This document shows, in pieces, positions 52,438 to 64,000 of a stretch of 64,000 nt of DNA. The number at the start of each line of letters is the position of its first letter. Position 1 is the first letter of the stretch. This DNA is from Lama glama (lineage: Eukaryota). The stretch is taken from the NCBI GenBank assembly GCA_028534125.1, contig CM052816.1, positions 1,240,001 through 1,304,000 on the forward strand, written 5' to 3'. The notes beneath the pieces were generated by a model that was given only the letters and a program-made list of their open reading frames with translations, was not told the origin of the DNA and ran no database searches. The translations under genes and the position numbers were made by a program.

Positions 52438-55400
52438 TCATAACGGAAATTTCATCTCTCAGGACCTACAAAACGAAGGCTGCCCCAGTGGCCCAGCCAA
52501 GTCACAAATCTACACCTAAGGCAGCCCCCACCTTTTAGAAACAAACTATCTCTCAGAGTGAAAAGCAATATAAAAGAGTGAAGATTTCAAATAAGATACA
52601 ATGAGCATGCCTATCAAGGCTGGTGCAGATGACTCCGGCACCAGTCTCCAACAATTATACCTCTTCTGCTTTGTGATTCAACGCCTGTGAATTTATTCGG
52701 CTGAGGTCTTTGATCTGAATTACAAGGGCACATAAAGGTCGCTCCTGATGGAGAACTAACCCTTGCATTCCCTGACCAACTGAAACTGCAATCATTATGT
52801 GCCCTACAATGTGCTGTAGATGACAGTGAAGATGAGTCAATCCTGTGAGACTTCCGAGTAAGCTGAAGTTCCCCAGAATCTGTGGGTGACTTTATCACTA
52901 GACATTGGAAAAATCAAGAGTGCTAAACCCATAAAATCCAAATACACTCTACCAAACTTTGTCTAAATTGACTCAATATCCATTAATATCAGAGGCTATA
53001 CAAACACTCATCCCCATGGTTGAATCTTTAATTTCACCAGGGTTACTTGTCCCTTGCACCAGCCCTTGTAACACTCCCATCCTCCCAATTAAAAAGCCAA
53101 TTGGGCAAGGATGGTGCTATGTCCAGGACCCAAGGGCAATAAACAAAACTGTGATTCCTCATTTTCTGGTGGTACCCAATCCAAAGACCTTATGATCACA
53201 GGTGCCACCAACTGCTGAAAGGTTGACAGTGGTAGACTTAAGCTCAGCTCTCTTTAAAATCCCCATGGACCCAAATCACCAACATTTATTTGCCCTTCAT
53301 GGAATAGTCAGCAATATACTTGGACTGTAATGTGTCGAGGATTTACTGAAGTTCTCACCAAGTTTTCCCAAGCCCTCTATCAAGATCTTAGCACCCTATA
53401 GTTCCCTCATTTTTACCATATGTGGGTGCTCTGTTGCTATGTTCTCTCACACAGGAAGCCTCTAAATTAGACTCAGTATATTTACTCCAACAGTTGGCAC
53501 ACAAAGGTCACAAGTCCTCAAAGGAAAAACTTGAGTTTTTCAATCAGGTTATTCACTATTTAGGACATGACTTACAGCACTGAGGGATTTCACTTTTCTC
53601 TAAAGTATATGCAATGAATACAAAACTTTCCAAAACCTATCACAAAAAAACCAACTTAGAGGGGTTTTCAGCCTGGCAGGGTATTGCAGGCTTTGGCTTC
53701 CTAATTTTTCCTCAACAGCTTCCCCACTTTTTGAACATCCATAAACCTCCACACCAGAATCCCCATCATGGGGAAGACAAACATGAACAAGCACCTGTTG
53801 ACCTTAAGACAGCCTCCAAAATCCCCCCACCCTGGGTCTGACCAACTGCGACAAGTCTTTGACTGTATTCATCCATGAAAGGTGTAATCAGGTTTTAGGA
53901 ATTTTAACTCAAGACTGCAGTGGAAGACTGGGAGCTGCCACACATTACAGCAGGCTGCTGGACTTGTAGCCAGAGTTTACCCAAATCGGCTTAAGGTGGT
54001 CACTGCTGCAGCCCAGTTCATAGAAGCCTCAACAGATCCGAGCTTAGGAAATGATGTTTACCTCCATACACTTCATGCTCTTCTTCTTAGCTCAGCATCT
54101 TTCCTCAAGTAGACCCACTGCTGTGGACTCCTGCTTTTATCTCCAACTCACTCACGTCTTCAACGTTGTGGCGTTCTTAATCCTGCTACCTTACTTCCCT
54201 TCTCAGGTGAGGAAGAAGAACATGGCTGTGATACAGTCACTTTCTGATTGGTTACCCCATGTCCAGATCTGAATCACATAGGCCTACATACCCCAGATTT
54301 AATTCTCTACGTGGATGGGTCTTATACCAAGAATAAACAGGGAGGGTATAAAAGCTGATTATGTGGTCACTATTCAATATGAGTTCACTGAACACAGACC
54401 TCTCCTGCAAGGGAATTCAGCACTACAGGCAGAATTATTTGCCTTGACCAGACAGCACGCATAATCACTCACGAAAAATCAGTTGACACTGATGGCTGCT
54501 ATGTCTTTGGTGTGGTACATGGTTTTGGAATGTTATGGAAACAAAGAAGTTTTCCAACCTCAAGCAGCATTCCTATTAAAAAGGGCGCACAAGTAGAAGT
54601 AATTCTCCCTGCCATTCTACTCTCTTCTAAACTCCCAATAATTAAGATTGAGGCTCACACTCAAAGACCTGAGCCCGAAAAATCAGAGACAGATACTGGC
54701 AGATTTTCATGCCAAAGCCACTGCATCCAGAGAGGCTGATGAAATCTACTGCATGGTTCAGAGGCCCATCTACTGATACTACTACTTCACAGGATAGTAT
54801 GTTACCCAGCAGGGTTAATTTTTGTCTGTGGGGGTTAAAAGAAAATACATCTTGGGCCTATGAATGCCTAGATGGCTGGTGCTTCACTAGGCAGTGTTTT
54901 GGGGTGATGTAACTGTACCCTAACTATCCGCAATCCAACTGAGACTTCTCCCTGGTCTGGTCAACTCCCCTCAATTTGCATTATCAAACCAAACGGGAAT
55001 TATCAGGAGGTTTTTGTGATTCACAATTAGGAGTAAGTGCAAAGGAGGCTATGATCAGGAATCTCTCCTTAACTCACAGAATCTGCTTCTAAAGCAACAG
55101 CTGCCCAGCAAAAATCCCTGGACTCTCTGGCCAGGATTGTTCTTGATAATGGGATAGCCCTTGATTATCTTTTACACGAGCAAGGAGGTGTTTGTGCTGT
55201 GGCCGACCCCACTTGTGCTTGGATTAACACTTTGGGGAAGTCGAGACTCAGATACTTAGGATCAGTGAACAAGCCCCTTGGCTTAAGAAATGGATGCTCC
55301 TTCAATAGTGTCTTTCATTGATGTTTTGATCTGAGTTGGTTTGGGTGGTAGGGACTTTGGCTTTGGAGTGCCCTCCAAATGCTGGGTGTTACCGTACCTA

Positions 55401-56096
55401 GAGTCATGTCTCCCTGTGTGCTGTGTTCTCTCAAAGGCTTTAAATGCATGCACACAGCTGCTGGGGACCAGACAAATGACCTCTCTTGACCTAGAATGCC
55501 AAAAATGGGATGAAGAAAATGGCCAACTCAGAGACCAAGACTTTGGTTATCCTAACCTATGAAGTCCAGTAAGGGATCCAGCGTGACCCCACCATGAACA
55601 AAAAGTGGTAGTGTGGAGTAGCAGTAACACCATAAATTTTGAGCAATACTCTAGCACAACTGATAGTATTGATCAAAGTGGGGAACTGGTATAGGAAATT
55701 CATGTATCGGGACCCACAAAACTGAGGCTGCCCCAGGGGCCGGGCCCGTCACAGATCTAGACCTAACTCAGCCCACATTTAGTATAACTGCATCACTGTC
55801 TGGGAAACCTAACTGCACCACTCACAATCCTTCAGCTCAGTTAAAGCTGGCTCCCTGTACCCTAGCAAACAGGACCTGCTGGCCTTGTAAGGAGATCCCC
55901 GACCCTTTAGCCAACCATGCCCTGTCTCCGAGTTACCTCATTAGAACCTCTGTAGAACTCACTGTTGCCCAAACTCCCTCAGAAGGAGTGCTCCTTTGCT
56001 TGTGGGGCATTGTCCTCCCCGAATCCATGGATTGTTTGTCCTTAAATAAAGGATGTGATACTCATTACTAAATTATATTATTTTTGTCATTTGACA
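52438..56096 (+). mobile_element. Internally deleted class I (gamma-like, ERV1) provirus: partial 5'LTR-pro-RT-RNaseH-partial env-PPT-3'LTR
   Basis: TSD GTTC at 52434-52437 and 56097-56100. 52438-52538 is homologous to the start of the 3'LTR at 55687. RT SPCNTPILPIKKP..VQDPRAIN; RNase H LYVDGSY and SALQAELFALTR; env QTKRELSGG and ISD LDNGIALDYLLHEQGGVC (55142-55195); PPT aaagtggggaac. Confidence 0.93.
55687..56096 (+). mobile_element. 3' LTR of the provirus
   Basis: TG...CA ends following the PPT; AATAAA at 56045-56050. Confidence 0.88.
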
Positions 56097-56106
56097 GTTC
56101 AAATCC

Positions 56107-56790
56107 TGTTACCCAAAAACTGGGTTCGCCTCCTGGTGGGTGTCAAGGTGAAAGACACAACCAAGCCAAAGTTCAGGAGAAGGATTTATTATTACTTGCA
56201 GCAAGTAAGAGGAATACTGGGGGGTGAGAGGGTATATAGCTCATTGGTAGAGTGCATGCTTAGCATGTACGAGATCTTGGGTTCAATCCCCAGTACCTCC
56301 ATTTAAATAAATAAAAACCTAGTTACCCACACCCCCACCACCAAAAAGAAAAAAAAAAAAAGGAATACTAGGGGTCTTTCCCAAAGCAATGTCTCCCCAA
56401 AAGCGAAATTGGGGAAGTTGTAAGCTAACTACGTACATATTCGGGAAGGGGCTTGAGCAGAAGAGAATTCACCATCGAATTAGGGCCAAGGTCCACAAAG
56501 TCCAAGAGTTAGTTGAGTCAGGGGTCAGCATCACCCTTCCCTCCTCCACCTGGGTGGGGGCCTTACTTCTTGCAGAACTCAAAGACATATTGTTATGTAT
56601 ATCCCTCGAGGAGGAACTAGGAATCTGCTTTGTCACCGTACTATTGTTTGACTGCCTTTTCTGTTCCTGCATTTCTATGTTCCATAAGATCATTGATTAT
56701 TGAGACTCATTCAAGGGCAAGCATTGAGGTCAAGCCTAGATCACAAAATGACTTTGGCCAAAATGCCTTCTTTTAGGTCAAGAAAGCCTT
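56107..56790 (-). mobile_element. ERV1 LTR containing a SINE; right end uncertain
   Basis: Starts tgttacc; TTTATT near the left end; core similar to the LTRs at 31270 and 36839. Confidence 0.75.
56219..56360 (+). mobile_element. vic-1-like SINE nested in an LTR
   Basis: TSD aggaatact(g/a)gggg; long-tail form plus poly(A). Confidence 0.92.
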
Positions 56791-57285
56791 TCCTGGCTTT
56801 ATAAGGAATGGCTTTCTTGATACAAGCCAAGTAGCTTATAAGCCAGGTGGCTCTCAGAGCCTCAGTCTCCTCATCTCTTAATTGGGGATAATAATGGTAC
56901 CAACCTTGTGAGTTTTATAAACCTGAATAAGATAGAGCATATATTATCCCAGTGCCGGCAAAATAATAAGCCCTTAAGGAATGCCAGCTGCTTTCATTAT
57001 AGGAGACCATTGTGGGGACCAAGGTACTGTTTTACATAGTTGTAGTGTTTAATTTTGTTCTTATTAAAAAGTCTTTCTTTTATGAAATGATCATAGTACA
57101 TAATAATAGACATTTGGTGACCTTACCTGGCAAAATGAAGGGTTGGCATCCCCAAGTTTATCCTCTGTGAGCAAAATGTGGATAACAATACCTTCCGGGT
57201 AATATTGTTGTGAGAATTAAATGAGAGAAATCTAAGTGTCTTACACTTACAGGTCCGCTGAGCTGGAATTAGAGTTTTCTATACT

Positions 57286-57592
57286 CAGTTCTGTCTTAAA
57301 GAAATACAATGTGAGCCACATATATAACTGAAAAATTTCTGGTAGCTATATTAAAAACATCAAAAGAAATGTGTATTTAACTCTAATGATGTCTTTTATT
57401 TAAAATATCATTCCAACATGTAATCAGTATAAAAATGATCCTTGGAGTATTTTATAATATTTTTCTCCCACCAAGCCTTTAAGATCCAATATATATTTTA
57501 TATTTACAGCACATCTCAATTCGGACCAGGTACGTTTCGTGTCTCCAGTAACCACATGAGGCTGGTGGCCACTGGGTTGGGCAGCACAGCTC
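57286..57592. mobile_element. MER33/MER3-like hAT-Charlie DNA transposon
   Basis: aatgtgagccacatat ... acagcacatctcaattcggac ... ccacatgaggctggtggccac...gcacag. Confidence 0.65.
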
Positions 57593-58659
57593 TGGAGGTA
57601 CTGTCAGCAAAGATACAGAGAGATACTGATTTCCACTCTTCCCTTCACTTCCCTAGTCTGAATCTTGTAAAAATGCAAATCGAGCCCTGAAAAGCATCTT
57701 TCAAATTCACTTTCCTCTCTTTGGAATGTCTCTTTTTCAAGTACTGTGTTCCTTGGTTGACACAAAGGAAAGTCTTTGGGGTCTGGGTGGGCCTGGAAGA
57801 GGGAAGTGGGTTTTCTCTTTTCGTCTAAGACCAGAAGTTCCGGCAGAAGAGTACTTTCTAATTGTGGAAAACCAGAAATCACTTATTAAGGATTACACAC
57901 AGTGAGGAGTGATTTATATGCATTACTTTATTTAATCCTCACAATGACTCTATGGAGTAGGTTCTATTATGTTTCTACACAGGGAGAAGTAGAGGCTCAG
58001 AGAAGTTAAGTAACTTCCCCAAAGTCACACAGCCAGGAAATGGCAGGACTTGACCTCAGTGAATGTGAAGTCAGTACCTGTACTAAAGAGCTATTGTGTC
58101 ATTCTTTATCATTAGTAAATTGCGGAGTTAGCATTCAAATTCACCTCTGACTCCAAGTTGATTCATTCAACCTATTCTGGGAAGCCGTGGTTTTCTCAAT
58201 TTAAAAGGGAAAAATAACAGTCACTTTGCAGGATAATTTTAAGGATTAAATGAGCTAATTTACTTGCAAATTTGTAGTGGAAATGGAAGTGCTTTGCCTC
58301 ACTAGGGAACTCAGTTCTGGCTTTTCACTAGGGGCTCATTGTTACCTGATTACCACAAATTTCGGTAACCTTTAGTGACAATCCCAGTAAGTGTGACCCC
58401 AGTGCTTGGCACAAAAGGCCAAGAAGTTAGAAAATCTCCGGTGAGATCGTGGGCCCTGCGCATCCCTGATGATGGAGTGCAGTCCCTCAGTGAGACCAGG
58501 AGTCAGAGCTCTCAGGTTCCAGTCTGGGCTGTTCCTTGAAGGGCTGAGAAACCTTGGACAAGACCTTTCTCCCCTGTAAACTGAGGAGACAGAACCAGAG
58601 GGGATCTGAATTCCTTTCCAGCTCTGATCCTTCTCTCTGCAGAGCAGTGAACCGCTCTC

Positions 58660-59200
58660 CCACTTCCTTCCCTGCGCCCGACTCCCCCCACCACGCCCCC
58701 AGCCCCCTGCACCTCGCGCCTCAGCCGCGTGAGTGCGAATGCACGCGGCGCCTGTTTCCCAGAGAGCGGAAGGCGCAGAGGCGGCCTTATAATGAATGAA
58801 TATCGAGCAAAACGCACAGGGCTGAGGCTTCGGAGAGAAGTCACTATGGTGACCAACGCAGAGAGAATGCGCGCGGGCTCCTGGAGCCCCCCAAGGTCTC
58901 CTGCCTTTCATTCCAGAACTCTGCCGGGCTACCCCCCCCCCCCCGCTGTGAGCTCTGCTGAGTTAAGTGCCTCAAGGTCAAGGGAACAAAGAGAGGACGA
59001 CAACTAAATTGGCTTGTCTCTTCCCTTCTTCGTCAGCATCCACGGACCTGGGTGGAGTGGGCTGAGTCTAGAAGGAAGTCGGATTTGGACACAGGGGCCA
59101 GCCAACACGTACAGAAAGGGGTCGCCTCTGAAGGTTCAGGGATGGTTGGGGCGGGGCGGGGGCGGGAGCGGTACCACTTCCCATGCGGCGCCACAGAGAC
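58660..59200. promoter_or_regulatory. CpG-rich patch with GC/KLF boxes; candidate promoter or enhancer
   Basis: Many CpGs; ccacgccccc at 58691; tandem ggggcgggg at 59148-59166. Confidence 0.5.
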
Positions 59201-60390
59201 AGCCAAGGTCCAAGAGCTTGCAATGAATCATTTAGAGTCCTTGAAAAAAAAAATCTTTTGGGGACTTGCTTCTCATTTTCACACAGTAAATACACCAGAG
59301 CAAAAAACGATGTGCTGTGATCCAAAGGAGACCAGAAAGGGCAGGCTGGTGGAGCTTCTGGGTTCCAGGATGGGGACTCTCTTGTCCTTTCTGCCCATCA
59401 GCTCCCAGGAAATGAGTCACCCCCAAAGCTCTGCACACCCTGTCCAGACAGCCCGTTTGGAATCCTCCTGTTTCAAGGCTACCCAGGCTCTCTCTTATTC
59501 ACTTGTTTATGTATTTATTTGCCAAAGTGAGAGTTTAAACATTTTTTTCCTGAGAAATACATATTTATTGTAGAAAAATGAGAACATTAGGATTCCTGGA
59601 ACATGGAGATGGGCAAAAAGAAAAGAAAACCCACAGTGACCCTGTACCCCCTTGAAATAACTATTCACTGATTTAGTCATTTGTTTATGAATTCTACAAA
59701 TATTTGTAAAGGCCTGTGTATGCCAGGCACTGTGCTGTGGGGTAGCGGGGCAAATTATGAACAAAACAGACATCATAAGGGTGTTTTCCTATGTATAGCT
59801 GTACACACATTCCTTTCCCCCAAAATCTCCACTGTTTTAAAAACAAGCAAATACAAATAAAACAGAGAGTGGGAATTTGGTATAGAAATGAACCAAAGCA
59901 ACTTGGAACTGGATATTCAGGTCATTTTTGTGTTTGCCTATGTGTAGTGACAGGAATCGGTGGAAGTAGACACTGAACTAGCTGCTTGGAGGCGAGAAGC
60001 TATGAACCAAATGCTAAGAGTAGGGCCTGGCCCTCAGCCTCTAGCTCAGAATTTGCACTGGATAAACCAAATGACCTCCACGCTCCTGCCCAGGCCTCCA
60101 GACCTTTGGGATGGATAATAAAAAGGGTTGCTAGTCCAATTTATTTGATGTAGAGAAGATTATTACCATTTGATGTAGAGACAAGGAAACCAAGACAGAG
60201 AAACTATGATGAAACAGAAGCAATTCTATCAAAAAGATCATGGGTTTGTGGTTTGCAAGAATGGATGTCATATTACATGTACCCCTTTAGCTGAGGTTTC
60301 CACCCAGTTTTTAGAAAGCTGCACTTAAGGCCATCAGAGCAAATGACAGTCTTCCCAGAAAAAACATAGGGAGCTCTTTGTTAAAAAAAA

Positions 60391-60471
60391 TTATTATTTT
60401 TAATGGAGGTACTGGGGATTGAACCCAGGACCTTTTGCATGCTAAGCATGTGCTCTACCACTTGGGCTATA
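60391..60471 (-). mobile_element. vic-1-like SINE, short-tail form
   Basis: atggaggtactggggattgaacccagg ... ctctaccacttgggctata. Confidence 0.88.
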
Positions 60472-60941
60472 AGCTGCCTCTGCCACTGCCCCACTGCCAC
60501 CCACCCCCCACCGATTCTGAATCTTTAGATCTTGGTGATAACAATTACTGAGCTAGACTTACTTTGATTTAGGTTCTATGTTAAGCACTTCATGTAAGTT
60601 ACAGAATTAAAAAAAACAAACTCTGTAGGAAGGTAATTATTACTATGGCAGTTTATAAATGAGGTTATAAGCAACTTGCCTAAGATCATGCCCTGATCAT
60701 ACAGTTAGTCAGAGTCCCTGTGAAGAGTTACATCAGGGTCATTCACTTCCACTCTCTGAGTTTTTAGACACCAAATTTTAGTCCCCTGAAGAGCTCAGAG
60801 ATCAAAATCTGTGACAGCCAGGATCTGCTTGAGTAGTCAGCTGGATTCTTATCCCTGCCATTCATCTATCTATCCCTCCGTCTGTCCATCCATCCATCCA
60901 TCCATCCATTCAATGATCTGTCCAATCAACCACTATTCATC

Positions 60942-61250
60942 TGTTATAGTCTGAATATTTGTGCCCCTCCGAGGTTCACATCTTGAAATCTTGGTGATGG
61001 TGTCAGGAGGTGGTGCTTTGGGGAGATGATTAGGTCATGAGGGCAGGCCCCTGATGAATTAGATTAATACCCTCATAAGAGAGGCCCCAAAGAGCCCTCT
61101 TCTGCCAGTGAGCATATAACAGGAAGTCTGCAATCTGGAAGAGGCCCTCACCTGACCCTGCTGGCACCCTGATTTTATACTTTTACTGTAAGAAATACAT
61201 TTCTGTTGTTTATAAGTCACCCAGCCTGTGGCATTTTGTTCCAGCAGCAA
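60942..61250. mobile_element. MLT1A/B-like MaLR LTR
   Basis: tgttatagtctgaatatttgtgcccc ... gaaatacatttctgttgtttataagtcaccc. Confidence 0.7.
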
Positions 61251-61478
61251 GACCCCATCCAGCCTTCCAACCATTCATCAAATCCTCCATCCATTCAGCC
61301 TCAAGTTCCAAAGGCCTCCTCTGTGCTGATGCAATGCTCGGAGGAGGCTGAAGGCAGAAGAGACGGGGATACAACAAACAGCACAAGTCAAAGCTGGGGT
61401 CACTGTAGATTTGGAACCCCCCAAGGGCATAATCTCTTATTTTGGTATTTGCAGCACTTAAAGTATGATTTGACTCTT

Positions 61479-61592
61479 TAAAAACATTTTTTTAAAATTT
61501 ATTATTTATTTTAATGGCAGTTCTAGGGATTGAGCCCAGGACATTGTGCATGGTGAGCATGTGCTCTAGCACTGAGCTACACCCATGTCCCC
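61479..61592 (-). mobile_element. vic-1-like SINE, short-tail form
   Basis: Perfect TSD tgatttgactctt at 61466-61478 and 61593-61605. Confidence 0.92.
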
Positions 61593-62889
61593 TGATTTGA
61601 CTCTTGTCTTCTTTTCCAACCTTATCTCAGCTACTTATCGTCTTGCTTACTTCTCTTCCACCACACTGCTCTCTTTCTGTTTCTGGCATAAGCCAAGCCC
61701 TCTTTTGCCACAGGACTTTGGCAACTGCTGTTCCTTTTGACCCAAATTATTCCTTCAGCAATGTCAATAGCTGTCTCCTTATCCTTTGCATTTTAGTTAA
61801 AATGTCTTGTCCTCAGAGAGGCCTTTTCTGACCACCTTATCTAAAGGAGACACTTTCTGGTCCTCCCTCAGCTATTCCCTATCACCTCATCTTGTTTCTT
61901 TCTTTCCTGGCATTGCTCACAATCTGTAATCATGGTATTTATTCATTGCTTATTTTTTAGCTCCCTAACTAGAAAAACATGTCCCAGGAGGCTTTCATGT
62001 TCCTACTGCATGCCTTCTGCCTGCCCAGCCCAGTAACTGACACATAGTAGACCTTGAATATTTGTTGAATAAATGGATGAACATGTTCCCAGTATTAGGA
62101 GGTTTGGAGAGTAGAAGAGAACAGACCTTCAAAGACAGAGTAGGACTGAGAGCCTTGAAAGACAAGCAGAAGAGGATACACTTGATGTGAACATGGGGAG
62201 ACAGTACAGACTCTTGAGTTGCAGGGTGAAAATGGTGATTTAGAAGTGTTGCTCGGTATGCCACCGTCCACTATAAACCCTTAATTTAGATGATTCACTG
62301 CAGTGTCTGGCAATGAATTATTGCAAGAGGTAATCAGGTCCTAGTTCCTGAACTGTATTCTTCTCCTCTGGGCTCTTAGACAAGGTGGGAACTCAGTGTT
62401 GGTCTAGGAGTTTCATGGAGCTCTGTTTTCTGTTTAGTTAATTGATTATGGTGAAATATAGACAAGTGACCATGATGAAGACCCTGAAGGGTGGGATCCA
62501 TGCTTGCTTCTGCAGGCATCTCGCCAGCAGGAGATCAATTATTTGTTCAATGAATGAATGAGTGAAACAATTATGCACTTGGGAAGACCTAGGTTCTAAA
62601 GGATTTGCTACTAGCTATCTGTGTGACCTTTAACCTGGCTAAGGGTCAGCTTCCTTATCTGTAAAATAGGGAGAAGGCTTAACTCACAGGATTTTAAATG
62701 AGAGTTTATGAGAAAATCCCTGGCACAGAGTGGACACTAAATAAATTTGTCTCCTCCTGTTACTCTGCCCTGACTGGGATTTCCTACTCGCCTTTCCCAA
62801 GAAGAGCCACAGGGCTTGAAATAGAGCATATGGTGATATTTACCTTTTCCCATCTTCAGTCTTTTCAATGCAAAACGGGAATTCTGACT

Positions 62890-63065
62890 GCAACTTACTG
62901 AGTGACCTTGGGCACCCTTTTTGTGCCTCAGTTTCTTTATGTATAAAATGGGTATAATAATAGTACCTGCCTTATAGGAGTACTGTAAGGATTAAATGAA
63001 ATATTATACTAAGTGTTTGTACTCGTGCCTGGCACATAGAAGTTGCTCAATAAATGTCAGCTGTG
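62890..63065. mobile_element. MIR SINE
   Basis: gtgaccttgggca ... gcctcagtttc...aaaatgggtataataatagtacct ... cctggcacataga...ctcaataaatg. Confidence 0.75.
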
Positions 63066-63689
63066 CTTATTCTTTAGAACTTTTTTACTCCCTATAATGC
63101 TGGCAACTTTGTTCCTTTCCCTCCTGTAGTCATTCTCAGTGTCTACAATCTCTTCTGGAGAAAAGTCTCACTCTGAGGTGGAATTTGAGAGAAAAGGGCT
63201 CAGTAGATTCCTCCGGACAAAACAAATCAGGAAACTTACAGGAGGAATAGAGAAGTAGGGTCATTAGGACACTGAAGACAGAGGCTTTTTCCACTTGTGA
63301 TATAGGAGAGGCCAGGAAAAAGGCTGAAGCAAGGAACCAGGTGCGACCACTTTCCAGTGAATTAAGGTTGAAAAAGTAGCTCACAGGGAAGTCTAGCAAT
63401 GCCTCAGGACTACTCTCCGGAACATCCATCAGCTTAATTCAGGGTGCCTGCTATCCTGTCTATTTTCATTAGCATTTTCCTGCTTTGAAAGAAGTAGGTG
63501 TATTGTTCCTAGAAAGTGGGGCGAACTCAAGGAAAACACTCCTTGTGTGGGAGCTGGAGTGGCTGCCATGAGGTTATGGAAAATGCCTTGCACATCATTT
63601 TATCCCCGGCACCTAGCGCAGTGCCTAGCATAGTAGGAGCTCAAAAACTGTTTTGTAGAATTATTTGCAAACTTTACTTGCCCTTTTCA

Positions 63690-64000
63690 AAAAAGCTTGC
63701 GCCCACACGCAGCCGCAAGCAGGTCCGCGCCTAGAAATAACATTTATTCTAAGGACCTCCGCGCAGGGATTCTTGGGAAGAGGTTCCCCTCCCTCATTAC
63801 CTCGTTACTCCTCCCCTCGGTCTCCTTTGAAAGAACAGGCAGGACACGTGATTCCCTCCTTTACTCCCACCTCTGAAAAACCCGGCTGATAATGGGCAGG
63901 AGCATTGGCCAACCACAAGGCTTTACTTTTTCTTTCAGCCAATAGAAAGAGGCAACAAGTATAGGGCTCCGCTTTTGTGACTCCCCCCGCCCCCTTTGAG
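63690..64000. promoter_or_regulatory. Edge of a CpG-island promoter with CCAAT boxes and a GC box
   Basis: ATTGG at 63904-63908, CCAAT at 63939-63943, ccccgccccc at 63985-63994; CpG density rises toward the window end. Confidence 0.65.

Noticed and set aside
54750..55560. Possible domesticated env (syncytin-like)
   Set aside because: Most of SU is deleted, frames are disrupted, CX6CC is broken and there is no long ORF.
59032..59050. REST/NRSE-like gtcagcatccacggacc
   Set aside because: Wrong half-site spacing and mismatches in both halves.
63130..63340. Possible plus-strand exon (cctgtag|...ccag|gtgcga) and the minus-strand 97-aa ORF
   Set aside because: Stops in the plus frames I read, a weak donor and no recognisable homology; a lncRNA exon cannot be excluded.

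Overview
This is mammalian genomic DNA, very likely camelid, judged from about 16 copies of a tRNA-Ala(AGC)-derived SINE of the vic-1 type. The window is mostly intronic or intergenic and repeat-rich, with two 500-N gaps. I see no intact protein-coding exon that I can name. Candidate 5' non-coding exons and CpG-rich promoters of an unidentified minus-strand gene lie at about 0.6, 6.2 and 20-21 kb. There is a CpG patch at 58.7-59.2 kb and a CCAAT/GC-box promoter at the right edge. Well-supported elements are a 3.35-kb decayed L1 ORF2 fragment, an old HNRNPA1 processed pseudogene split by an L1 3' end, a deleted class I (gamma-type) provirus with a 4-bp TSD, and a dense cluster of solo ERV1 LTRs. 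I found no convincing new biological system. The best second-look items are: (1) 15-bp inverted repeats bounding the L1, a possible twin-priming relic; (2) a strong AT->GC substitution bias limited to the 5' half of the pseudogene, a possible gBGC hotspot fossil; (3) an orientation-biased solo-LTR cluster; (4) two ERV insertions 10 bp apart in one MIR; (5) a miniature L1 3' transduction. Repeat subfamily names are from memory and need RepeatMasker/Dfam confirmation.
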